Positions 24,301-31,288 of a DNA stretch of 32,000 bases are shown one piece after another (the stretch's first letter is position 1; every line of letters starts with the position of its first letter). A model generated the notes under the pieces. That model was given only the letters and a program-made list of their open reading frames with translations. It was not told the DNA's origin and did no database searches. A program made the position numbers and the translations under genes. Origin of the DNA: Nitratidesulfovibrio vulgaris str. Hildenborough (GTDB lineage Bacteria > Desulfobacterota > Desulfovibrionia > Desulfovibrionales > Desulfovibrionaceae); contig NC_005863.1 in NCBI RefSeq assembly GCF_000195755.1, positions 90,001 through 122,000 on the forward strand, written 5' to 3'.

Positions 24301-24886
24301 CCTGTTTGACCCGGGCAATGGACGTCCTTCTGGAATCCTTGGCAAGCATCTGCAGTGCAACATGATGGCCGGGGAGCTGGATGGCTTCCGCTTGGCCCCT
24401 CGTCCCATTCAAGGCCGTATCGAGCACCTTACAACTCTCGACCAGCACAGAGAGACCTTACGTAAGGCATTTGAAACGGTTCGCGAACAGCTGGTGATTG
24501 TCTCGCCGTTCATTACGCGCAATGCCCTCAAGGCGGACAACGTGCTTGAGATGATCCGTTCTGCAGTAGGTCGTGGCGCTGCCGTCGATATATATTCGGA
24601 CTCTCGCTTGGCGTTGTCCTGCTGCCAGAATCAACAGGCTGCACTTGATGATCTGGCTCAGGCTATCCGGGATGCAGGTGCAAGGATCGAGTTTAAAAAT
24701 GGCGTGCACAACAAAACGCTGATTGTGGACAAGCATACCCTCGTTGAGGGGTCGTTCAACTGGTTGTCTGCACGGCGGGATGATTTAGCTAGGCGAGAAC
24801 ATTCGATTTCATATCATGGCATTGAAGCCGGTGCATTAATGGAGGATATTCTTCCCGGACTCTCGGAAAGCGATACCAAAGGTTAA
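21356..24886 (+). CDS. Upf1-like SF1B helicase (AAA_11/AAA_12, COG1112-type) fused to a C-terminal single-HKD PLD-family nuclease domain; Mokosh type II-like
   Basis: Helicase motifs are all readable: I GPPGTGKT (aa 280-287, nt 22193-22216), Ia ATSSNNQAVTNV, II LILDEAGQ (aa 711-718), III LVVGDVHQIEPV, IV LLEHRRCHKDII, V IVTPFARQ and VGTVHKLQGAERPIIVFS, VI LNVAVSRAKHSFLVFGN. The C-terminal HKD motif is HNKTLIVDKHTLVEGSFN (aa 1118-1135, nt 24707-24760). The start is pinned because an in-frame TAG at 21344 leaves ATG 21356 as the first possible start codon. It lies 54 nt downstream of the AbrB-type gene. Confidence 0.9.
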   Translation: MHSLARNLTQYFRDSLIDELILDEVGSPKGANTYTTISPEQFERGALPAKLAEGLLGDQDEQRLLIAPMQLKRGFFRDARHWRQPEVITPMLVPCVLSRDGKLAAQERIMPWFIRDYLDPVVSADSVVISSVDDVEEFIARNSQDFACTSWQEYLSFCSKMLQDLIGFDADGRVQLGHAAYFACNEPRVYLDSGQGGATSNIKKLYDSVLKKKDMPKAYESFVAGCSAPRALLTLEEEVDVAAHSHLGQMSGAFGLGASQRETIHHFLSINEGEVLAVNGPPGTGKTTLLQSAIASLWVKAIMVAGNDYPDPPVIVATSSNNQAVTNVIRDFGEVLKLESDNPLEMRWLPEGVGSLGTYAVAEARQKKLESEDNRLLCVSLAWVSGGYKLKGFFEKTESPEFIGQAVTTYLEMYERFSGASMKREAPAELVKAIRKELRRRMLHIAADMQETLASWKRCRQDVERKAETEKNLTGLKTSLRRCTEASSAKATQLIKAGEELTRTGTVAMEAASTIAGQPFWESLLGALGFVKERRRARAKAFTLKHGLEMDPAPQSLHDVEKHVDDLLDTVKKRHKALSRELDELQRAAAGMEQEKGELKALLQGIAGRASRLAEILGVQECELDFTRAGLYRVLDQFDRNARFEMFLLAVHYYEGLWLEHMLRSENGKVSGKDRLKRLAMLTPCIVSTLFMVPKFFSESGAPLYEFVDLLILDEAGQAGPDKAAAVFALAKRGLVVGDVHQIEPVYKIPVSVDLGNLKRNNVYVGREEEMPRAVAVSKGSAMRMAQDASPYHCILNGHPAEERGMYLLEHRRCHKDIIGYCKELVYPHLEVLTRQEPDDFYLFPPLGYAHIPSSGQKKGGSWCNPYEAHNIAQWLADNRDRILARYKASSLASVIAIVTPFARQVSSLRESMQGCLPESDYAEMVVGTVHKLQGAERPIIVFSPVYGPGNVAVPFFDRGRNMLNVAVSRAKHSFLVFGNMALFDPGNGRPSGILGKHLQCNMMAGELDGFRLAPRPIQGRIEHLTTLDQHRETLRKAFETVREQLVIVSPFITRNALKADNVLEMIRSAVGRGAAVDIYSDSRLALSCCQNQQAALDDLAQAIRDAGARIEFKNGVHNKTLIVDKHTLVEGSFNWLSARRDDLARREHSISYHGIEAGALMEDILPGLSESDTKG

Positions 24887-24997
24887 AGGTCGACGCTTCC
24901 CGTGTCGGCAGTATCACGTGCTTCGTCGGTATAGGGCACCCCTTCTCAAGTTCCTGTTGGTACGGAGAAACCACGCAAGCCGGGACAGGCAGCACGG

Positions 24998-26089
24998 TCA
25001 GTCGCGCCAGCGGTCGCGGATGGCGTCGATTTCGGTGCGGTGGCACAGGAACGCATCGACCACGGCGGGGTCGAATTGCGTGCCCGCGCCGTCGCGGATG
25101 AGGATGGCGGCCTCATCGGGAGGCATGGCGGTCTTGTAGGGACGGTCGCTGCACAGGGCGTCGTAGACGTCCACCACCGAGACGATACGCGCCTCGACGG
25201 GGATGTCCTCGCCGGACAGGCCGAAGGGGTAGCCCCCGCCGTCCCATCGTTCATGATGGCAGAGGGCGAGGATGCGGGCGAGGGCGAGTTCGTCGAAGGG
25301 CTGCTGGTCACGCAGCAGGGGCACGTCGGAGCATATGCGGTGGGCGGCCTCCCTGTCGTCGAGGGGGCCGAGTATCTCGCACCCGTAGAGGCAGTGCCTG
25401 CGCATGATCACCAGTTCATCGTCGTCGAGGCGACCGGGCTTGAGCAGCACCTCGTCGGGGATGCCTATCTTGCCCACGTCATGCAGGGGGGCGCACTCGC
25501 CAAGCAGGTCGCACTGCTGCGTCCCGAGTCCCATGGCGGCCCCCAGAAGACGGCTTATCTGCCCCACGCGGATGACGTGCCGCCCCGTCTCGTTGTCCTT
25601 GTACTCGGCGGCGCGGCTGAGTCGCTGCATGACCTGCCGCCGCGTCTCCTCCAGTTCTTCCGTACGTTGCCGCACGAGGCATTCGAGGTTCTCGCGGTGC
25701 ATCCTGTTCTCGCGCAGCAGGCGCGCCCTCTCGAACACCCTGTTCAGGGTATGGTCGAGCATCTCGAACGAATGCAGCGGCTTGGTGATGAAGTCCCACG
25801 CCCCACGGCGCATGGCGGCGATGGCGTCCTCGATGACGCCGACGCCGGAGAGGACGATGATGGGCATTTCGGGGGCCTCCTGCGTGGCGTGCCCGATGAA
25901 CGACGCCCCGTCCATGACCTGCATGTTCAGGTCGACGATGACCGCTTCGATGCTGTCGGCGTGTTCGCGCAGCACCTCAAGCCCTTCAAGGCCGTTGCAG
26001 GCTTCGAGGGTATCGAGGTCGAGGTCTTCGAAATGAGCGGCGAGGGAACGCCGCAAGCCCGGTTCGTCGTCGATGATGAGGATGCTCAT
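24998..26089 (-). CDS. response regulator with HD-GYP output domain (c-di-GMP phosphodiesterase type)
   Basis: I set the start at ATG 26089 (MSILIIDDEPGLRR...). The receiver shows DD, VIVDLNMQVMDG and ITKP. The HD-GYP domain shows HDVGKIGIP and HHERWDGGGYP. ATGA overlaps the stop of the upstream receiver gene. Confidence 0.9.
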   Translation of the reverse strand: MSILIIDDEPGLRRSLAAHFEDLDLDTLEACNGLEGLEVLREHADSIEAVIVDLNMQVMDGASFIGHATQEAPEMPIIVLSGVGVIEDAIAAMRRGAWDFITKPLHSFEMLDHTLNRVFERARLLRENRMHRENLECLVRQRTEELEETRRQVMQRLSRAAEYKDNETGRHVIRVGQISRLLGAAMGLGTQQCDLLGECAPLHDVGKIGIPDEVLLKPGRLDDDELVIMRRHCLYGCEILGPLDDREAAHRICSDVPLLRDQQPFDELALARILALCHHERWDGGGYPFGLSGEDIPVEARIVSVVDVYDALCSDRPYKTAMPPDEAAILIRDGAGTQFDPAVVDAFLCHRTEIDAIRDRWRD

Positions 26090-26478
26090 GCGGTCTCCCC
26101 GTCGGGCCAGAGAAGGGCGCGCATACGCGCGATCATGCGTTCCATGTCGCAGGGTTTGAGGAACACGTCGTCTTCGGGCAGGCCGCATTCCGCCAGCGCC
26201 GGAGGGCTGGCCAGTTCGACAGACCCCGTATGCAGCATGAACCGGGGGCACAGAGTCTGCCGCCGTGCCGTCTCGATGAACGTCAGCCCGTCCATGCCCG
26301 GAAGTCGCGTATCGACGATGCACACGTCGGCAGGTTCGCGGGCGAGCATGTCGAGAGCCTCTTCAGCCGAACCGCACAGGCGCACCTCGAATTCGTCATG
26401 GTCTTCGAGATAGTCGAGCATCAGCTGCCGGATGCGCTCTTCGTCGTCGATGATCAATAGCCTTGCCGGTATGTTCAC
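26086..26478 (-). CDS. stand-alone response regulator receiver domain protein
   Basis: VNIPARLLIIDDEERIRQ...VCIVDTRLPGMDG...VFLKP has the D-D, D and K receiver pattern. The proposed GTG start at 26478 overlaps the kinase stop (GTGA). The upstream 165 codons of track ORF 26086..26973 lie out of frame over the kinase gene. The exact start is uncertain. Confidence 0.75.
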   Translation of the reverse strand: MNIPARLLIIDDEERIRQLMLDYLEDHDEFEVRLCGSAEEALDMLAREPADVCIVDTRLPGMDGLTFIETARRQTLCPRFMLHTGSVELASPPALAECGLPEDDVFLKPCDMERMIARMRALLWPDGETA

Positions 26479-29400
26479 GAATGCGCCTCTGTGCTGCCCT
26501 GCAACGGAAGTTCGATGCGGAAGAGCGTGCCACCTTCGGGCGGGGTTACCACTGTCAGGTTGCCGCCGTGCCCCTTGGTGACGATGAAGTACGATACCGA
26601 AAGACCAAGCCCCGTGCCAACCCCCGGAGGCTTGGTGGTATAGAAGGGTTCGAAGATGCGCCGCTGCAACGCCACCGGGATGCCGGGGCCGTTGTCCTGC
26701 ACGTCGATGACCACGGTCTCGTCCTGTCGTCGCACCCGCAGGTGTATGGCCGGTCCTTCGCCGTCCCGGTGCGACTCGGCAAGGGCGTGGGCGGCGTTGC
26801 GCAACAGGTTCAGCAGCACCTGTTCCAGTTCCGTCGGCGAACAGTCCACAAGCGGGAGCCCCGCCTCGTAGTCGCGGGTGATGGTGATGCGCCTGAAATC
26901 GTAGCTCTTCTTGAGGTCGTAGTCGCTGCCAGCCAGCGCCACGGCCTTGTCGAGGATGGACGTGACATCGCACGGCACACGCTTTGACCCGCCCGAACGG
27001 CTGAAGTCGAGCATGTGCCGGATGATGGCGGAGGCACGCACGGCCGCGTCGCGGATGTCTTCGATGAAGACGTCGAGCTTGCGCTGCGCCATGTACTGGC
27101 GCAGGGCGTCCATATCGAGGCCGACCCGTGTCGCCACGTCGAGGTTCTTGGCGAAGTCGGGCCGTGTCCGCTGCGCGAGGTTGTGCGCGGCTTGCAGGAT
27201 GATGCCGAGGGGGTTGTTTATCTCATGGGCGATGCCGGCGGCGATGCCCCCCACGGAGATCATCTTCTCCGTCTGTATCATGACCTCCTGCATCCGCTTC
27301 ATCTCCGTGATGTCGCGCACGAGGCCGAGGATGAACCGCCGGTCGCCTATGGACAGGATGCTGCACGAGATGGAACAGGGCATGGGCGTGCCTTCCTTGG
27401 TGCGCCCCTCGAACTCGTAATTGTCGACGAAGCCCTCCGTGTGAATGCGGCGCAGCAACTCCGCACGGGTTGTGGCGTCGGTGTAGAAGGCCATCTCGAT
27501 GGTCCCTCTTCCCACCAGTTCAGACGCCTCGTAACCCGTGAGTCTCTCGAAGGCGTGGTTCACGTCGGCGAAGCGCTGGTCGGCCATGTCGACGAGGGCC
27601 ATGGCCTCGGGCGAATACCGGAACAGCCGCGAGAAACGCTCCTCCGACTGCCGCAACTGCTCCTGCGCGGCAAGCGATTCGGTGATGTCGCGGATGAGCC
27701 CGAGCACCCCCACGGCGCGGCCATCGGCAGCCAGCAACGGAAGTTTGCTCGTCTCGAGCATCCGCTCGCGCCCGTCGGCGAAGGCCAGCCTTTCGACATA
27801 GCCGAGCATGGGCGAGAGCGTGGCCATCACCTTCCTGTCGGCTTCCCTGAACGTCTCTGCCAGCCCCGGCAGCAGGCCCAGGTCGGCGTCGTCCTTGCCG
27901 ATGACCGTTTCGGGGGTGTCGAGGCCCACCATCTGCGCGAAGGTCCGGTTACACCCCATGAAGCGGCCTGCCGCGTCCTTCCAGAAGATGGAGACCGGGA
28001 CGGAATCGAGAATGCCCTCGAGCAGCAGGCGCTTCTCATGCAGTTCCTGCTCGGCCCTGTAGCGTTCCGTCATGTCGCGGACCACGGTAAGGCGATAGTT
28101 GGCCTCGCCGATGACCATGAGCTGACTTGAAAGCGAAAGGTAGAGTTCCTCTCCTTTCAGGCTGCGGGCCCGCAACTCGAGGTCGACCACCCGGCCCTTC
28201 TCCCGGACGAGGGTGATGATGCCATCAAGCTGTGCGGGGTCGTCGTAAAGGCCTATGTCGCGCAACGAACGTCCCACCACCTCGTCACGCCCCAGACCGT
28301 GCAGTTGGCAGAAGGAATCGTTCACATCCACGACCAGTCCGGTGTCGAAGCTGGAGAGGACGATGCTGTCGGGCGACAGGCGGAACAGGGTGGCGAAACG
28401 CTTCTCGGACTGTTGCAGGCGTTCCTGTGCCATGCGCCGTTCGGTCACGTCCTCGAACGTGGCCACCACGCCATGGTTGCGCTGTTCACGCCCCACCACC
28501 AGCGGCGTGGCGTTCACCGACAGCAGCTTCCGGGTTCCGTCGGGCATGGGAAGCCACGCCTCGAAATCGGTGAGGGTCAGCCCCTCGCGGAACACGCGCA
28601 CGAAGGGCGAATCGTCGCCGATGAGCGAACCGCCGTCCGTATCTTCGAGTGCGAAGAAGGCGGGCAGCGGGTCGTCCGCCGTCATGCCGGCGATGTCGCG
28701 GCCCTGCCTGTTCAGATAGGAGGGGCGTCCTGCCGGGTCGAAGGTGACGATGCCCACAGGCGAGAGTTCCGTCAGCGTCCGCTGGTCGGCCTCGGAATGG
28801 CGCAGGCTGACCATGGCACGGCGCAACACGCCAAGGATGAGGGCGACGGTGATGAGCGTGACAAGCAGGATGGAACCGCTGACGGCGGCCAGCCTGCGGG
28901 CCGGGGCGAGGACTTCGCCCTCGTCGGCCTCGAGGGTCAGCAGCCAGTGCGTCGCACCGTTCAGGCGGCTGTAACTCGCCCTGTGGTTGCCCCCTCGCGT
29001 GAACCGGTAGACCTCGCCCGTCTCGGCACTCTGCTTCAACGCGGCCACGTGCGCGTCAGAGAAGCCGCCCCCCTCATGCAGACCGAGCGACCCGGCAGAT
29101 AGCCAAGCCGGAAGCCCCAGCACGACACCATCGGTGTCGGTGATGAAGGCGCCTCCCGTACGACCGATGTGCGAACCTTCGAGAATGGCCTTTGCGAACG
29201 TCTCGATGTTGGTCACCCCGGCGACGACACCCACCACCGTTCCGTCGAAGGCCCGCAACGGCGAAGCCATGACGAGCGACGGTTTTCCGGTGGAACGTGA
29301 CACCACCACGGTCTCGAGGGCGGCACGGCCCGCTGCCGCCTCGCTGAAGTAGCGCCTGTCAGCCACGTTGACCCTGCCAGCCAGTGAAGGGTCGCCAGCG

Positions 29401-29780
29401 AGGATGGCCTCGCCCTCGAGGTTGAAGAGGAACACCTGGTCGAACGTGCCGTTCCTGATATAGGCATCGAGCTTGCGTTGTGCCGAGGCACGGGCCGAAC
29501 GACCGATATACGAATTCTCCAGTGCGAGGACGAGCACCTCTTCCCGCGCGATGGACTCGGTCTGCATGACCATGTCGCGGGCCTGCATGCAGACCTCGCG
29601 GTCGATGAACGCCAGCGCCTGTGCTATCTGCCCGTGGGCGAGGTCGGTGACGGTCGCCTTGGTATAGAGATAGGCCACCGTCGTGGTGATGAGCACCCCC
29701 GCGGCGACGACACTCAGCACCGGGAAGACCAGCCTGTCGAGGGTGAAACGGTCACGTAGCGCATCCATGAAACGTCTCAC
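26475..29780 (-). CDS. sensor histidine kinase: TM - Cache-like periplasmic domain - TM - four PAS-like modules - HisKA - HATPase_c
   Basis: Two hydrophobic helices (VFPVLSVVAAGVLITTTVAYL and GSILLVTLITVALILGVL) flank a region of ~265 aa. Four repeats of the PAS pattern follow (for example SEKRFATLFRLSPDSIVL and SEERFSRLFRYSPEAMALV). The H-box is GIAHEINNPLG, the N-box LLNLLRNAAHAL, G1 DNGPGIP and G2 GTGLGLS. The GTG start at 29780 overlaps the upstream stop (GTGA); ATG 29768 is an alternative. Confidence 0.9.
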   Translation of the reverse strand: MRRFMDALRDRFTLDRLVFPVLSVVAAGVLITTTVAYLYTKATVTDLAHGQIAQALAFIDREVCMQARDMVMQTESIAREEVLVLALENSYIGRSARASAQRKLDAYIRNGTFDQVFLFNLEGEAILAGDPSLAGRVNVADRRYFSEAAAGRAALETVVVSRSTGKPSLVMASPLRAFDGTVVGVVAGVTNIETFAKAILEGSHIGRTGGAFITDTDGVVLGLPAWLSAGSLGLHEGGGFSDAHVAALKQSAETGEVYRFTRGGNHRASYSRLNGATHWLLTLEADEGEVLAPARRLAAVSGSILLVTLITVALILGVLRRAMVSLRHSEADQRTLTELSPVGIVTFDPAGRPSYLNRQGRDIAGMTADDPLPAFFALEDTDGGSLIGDDSPFVRVFREGLTLTDFEAWLPMPDGTRKLLSVNATPLVVGREQRNHGVVATFEDVTERRMAQERLQQSEKRFATLFRLSPDSIVLSSFDTGLVVDVNDSFCQLHGLGRDEVVGRSLRDIGLYDDPAQLDGIITLVREKGRVVDLELRARSLKGEELYLSLSSQLMVIGEANYRLTVVRDMTERYRAEQELHEKRLLLEGILDSVPVSIFWKDAAGRFMGCNRTFAQMVGLDTPETVIGKDDADLGLLPGLAETFREADRKVMATLSPMLGYVERLAFADGRERMLETSKLPLLAADGRAVGVLGLIRDITESLAAQEQLRQSEERFSRLFRYSPEAMALVDMADQRFADVNHAFERLTGYEASELVGRGTIEMAFYTDATTRAELLRRIHTEGFVDNYEFEGRTKEGTPMPCSISCSILSIGDRRFILGLVRDITEMKRMQEVMIQTEKMISVGGIAAGIAHEINNPLGIILQAAHNLAQRTRPDFAKNLDVATRVGLDMDALRQYMAQRKLDVFIEDIRDAAVRASAIIRHMLDFSRSGGSKRVPCDVTSILDKAVALAGSDYDLKKSYDFRRITITRDYEAGLPLVDCSPTELEQVLLNLLRNAAHALAESHRDGEGPAIHLRVRRQDETVVIDVQDNGPGIPVALQRRIFEPFYTTKPPGVGTGLGLSVSYFIVTKGHGGNLTVVTPPEGGTLFRIELPLQGSTEAHS

Positions 29781-30796
29781 TGGATGACCTCGCTGGCGGA
29801 CTGGATGATCTCGAAGGGCACGGAGACGCCGAGCCTCTCTGCCGTCTTGAGGTTGAGAAAGACGATGCCCTCCTGATTCGTCCGCAGCGGCAACGTCTGC
29901 GCCCTGAGCATGGGGTCGAACAGCAGCCTTGCCATGCCGCCCGCGATCAGCCCCTGTTCATGGGCCGACTCGAGAACGCCGCACAGCTGCCCGTGTTCGC
30001 GCACGTAGTCTGCGAAGCCCACAGTGGGCACACGATTGACGGTGTCCGTCCACCGGGCCTCGGCCTCGGCGGGGACGACGGACCCGGTCGCCTCGTCGCG
30101 TAGCGAGAAATACAGCCCGAAGGCCAGACCTTGGGCCTCCTGCGATGCCAGCACCGCCTTCTGCCATTGCTGGAAGGTCTGCACCTGCCGGATGCTGAAG
30201 TCCTCCACGGCATAGGGCCCGCCCTGCCGCAGGTCGGCGCGGATGTCGGCCAGCATATAGTCGCTCGATTCGGAACCGTCGGTCAGCAGCACCACACGCC
30301 GTGCCGTGGGAACGATCTTTCGCAGCAGGGACAGCGATTCGCGCACGTGCCAGCGTTCGCTCACCCCCGTGACGTTGGGTGCGGGGTACCCATAACGGGC
30401 AAGAGGGGCGTTGACGCCACAGAACACCACCTGCGGCGTGTCGCGCCCCAGAAGATGGGGCACCACCAGCAGTTCCTGCACCGCATCGTCCACGGCGACC
30501 ACCACCTGCGGCTTCTCCTCCGTGATGCGGGAGGCGATGGCAAGGGCCTTGCGCCGCTGGCTTGCGGGGTCGAGGTCGTGCTTGGCGTCGAGGTGGAACG
30601 TCCTGATGGTGACGGGAAACCCGCGCAGGGCCGTCTGCAATCCCCGGTCGATGTTGCGGCACCAGATGAAATCGTCGTCGTAGCTGTGCACCACGAAGAG
30701 CAATGCGGGTCTGGCTGGCGCAACGGCGTCGGCGAGGGCTGTCGCGACCACGCACAGCGAGAGGATGCAGAACAGACAGGCTACGGGCCAGCGCAT
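29777..30796 (-). CDS. periplasmic ABC_sub_bind (PF04392)-type substrate-binding protein, no cognate permease or ATPase in the window
   Basis: I set the start at ATG 30796, which gives a signal peptide (MRWPVACLFCILSLCVVATALADA). The body shows LLFVVHSYDDDF...VVAVDDAVQELL...VFCGVNAP, and the C-terminus VFLNLKTAERLGVSVPFEIIQSASEVI is characteristic of this family. The stop overlaps the kinase start. Confidence 0.75.
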   Translation of the reverse strand: MRWPVACLFCILSLCVVATALADAVAPARPALLFVVHSYDDDFIWCRNIDRGLQTALRGFPVTIRTFHLDAKHDLDPASQRRKALAIASRITEEKPQVVVAVDDAVQELLVVPHLLGRDTPQVVFCGVNAPLARYGYPAPNVTGVSERWHVRESLSLLRKIVPTARRVVLLTDGSESSDYMLADIRADLRQGGPYAVEDFSIRQVQTFQQWQKAVLASQEAQGLAFGLYFSLRDEATGSVVPAEAEARWTDTVNRVPTVGFADYVREHGQLCGVLESAHEQGLIAGGMARLLFDPMLRAQTLPLRTNQEGIVFLNLKTAERLGVSVPFEIIQSASEVIQ

Positions 30797-31229
30797 GAAG
30801 AACCCCGGACATGGACGGCCTACGTCGCGGCCACCTCGGGCGAGGCGGCAACACGACTTCATGCACTCTATGTAAAGATGCCGTCCTTTGTCCACACGCA
30901 TGGAACACGCGAGCGTACAGCCGAGAACGGAGTCCGCACGAAGTTGCACACGGCCCCGGCCCCCTGCTGCATCATGCTGCATGACGAGCGTCCCATACTG
31001 CACGGCGAAGCCGCACCAGACGGGCATGGCGCGTCGGTCATACGGCCCGTGCGCAGGTGCATGTCACGATGGAACGTCCGCGCCAGCTGGCGTAACAGGC
31101 GTACAGGAATGGTGCTTGTGCGCTCATGCGGACAAGGCGTGGCAGGCGGGCGCCTCTCCGGAACAAGGAAGACCGCCACGCCGTCTGGGTGCCTCCGGCG
31201 ATGGGGGCTGAAGCAGGGGACAGGACCCC

Positions 31230-31269
31230 GAAAAGAAACGGGGAGTGTCAGGAATACCGACACTCCCCG
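31230..31269 (-). terminator. rho-independent terminator of the PEP-CTERM gene
   Basis: A perfect 11-bp stem, cggggagtgtc (31239-31249) and gacactccccg (31259-31269), encloses a 9-nt loop. On the minus strand the hairpin is followed directly by TTTCTTTTC (31230-31238). It lies 19 nt after the TAG stop at 31289-31291. Confidence 0.7.
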
Positions 31270-31288
31270 TCCGGGTTCGCAGATGTTG

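Larger units (their letters stand above)
19666..24886. mobile_element. putative integrated island: integrase plus lower-G+C cargo; boundaries not defined
   Basis: An integrase gene lies next to two cargo genes with visibly lower G+C. Spot counts are 47%, 55% and 47% for lines 21361, 22261 and 23041, against 58-70% for lines 17401, 19741 and 28501. The block sits between two unrelated host modules. I found no flanking direct repeats or tRNA by eye, and the integrase itself has host-like G+C (65% in line 19741). Confidence 0.35.

Noticed and set aside
26090-26323. 78-codon N-terminal extension of the HD-GYP regulator ORF; likewise 26479..26973 for the receiver ORF and 30797..31027 for the binding-protein ORF
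   Set aside because: The extensions are R/G/H/P-rich and overlap the preceding gene or the non-coding gap. The domain-consistent starts (MSILIIDD, VNIPARLLIIDD, and MRWPVACLF signal peptide) coincide with start/stop overlaps typical of coupled operons.
25040-26413. 457-aa plus-strand ORF antisense to the two response-regulator genes
   Set aside because: The opposite strand encodes textbook receiver and HD-GYP motifs. This frame has no motifs and typical antisense high-G+C composition (G/V/A/D/H-rich).
27015-29102. 371-aa (27015..28130) and 267-aa (28299..29102) plus-strand ORFs inside the histidine kinase gene
   Set aside because: They are antisense to a kinase with readable PAS, H-box and ATPase motifs. 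They are low-complexity and R/G/E/H-rich, with no start context.
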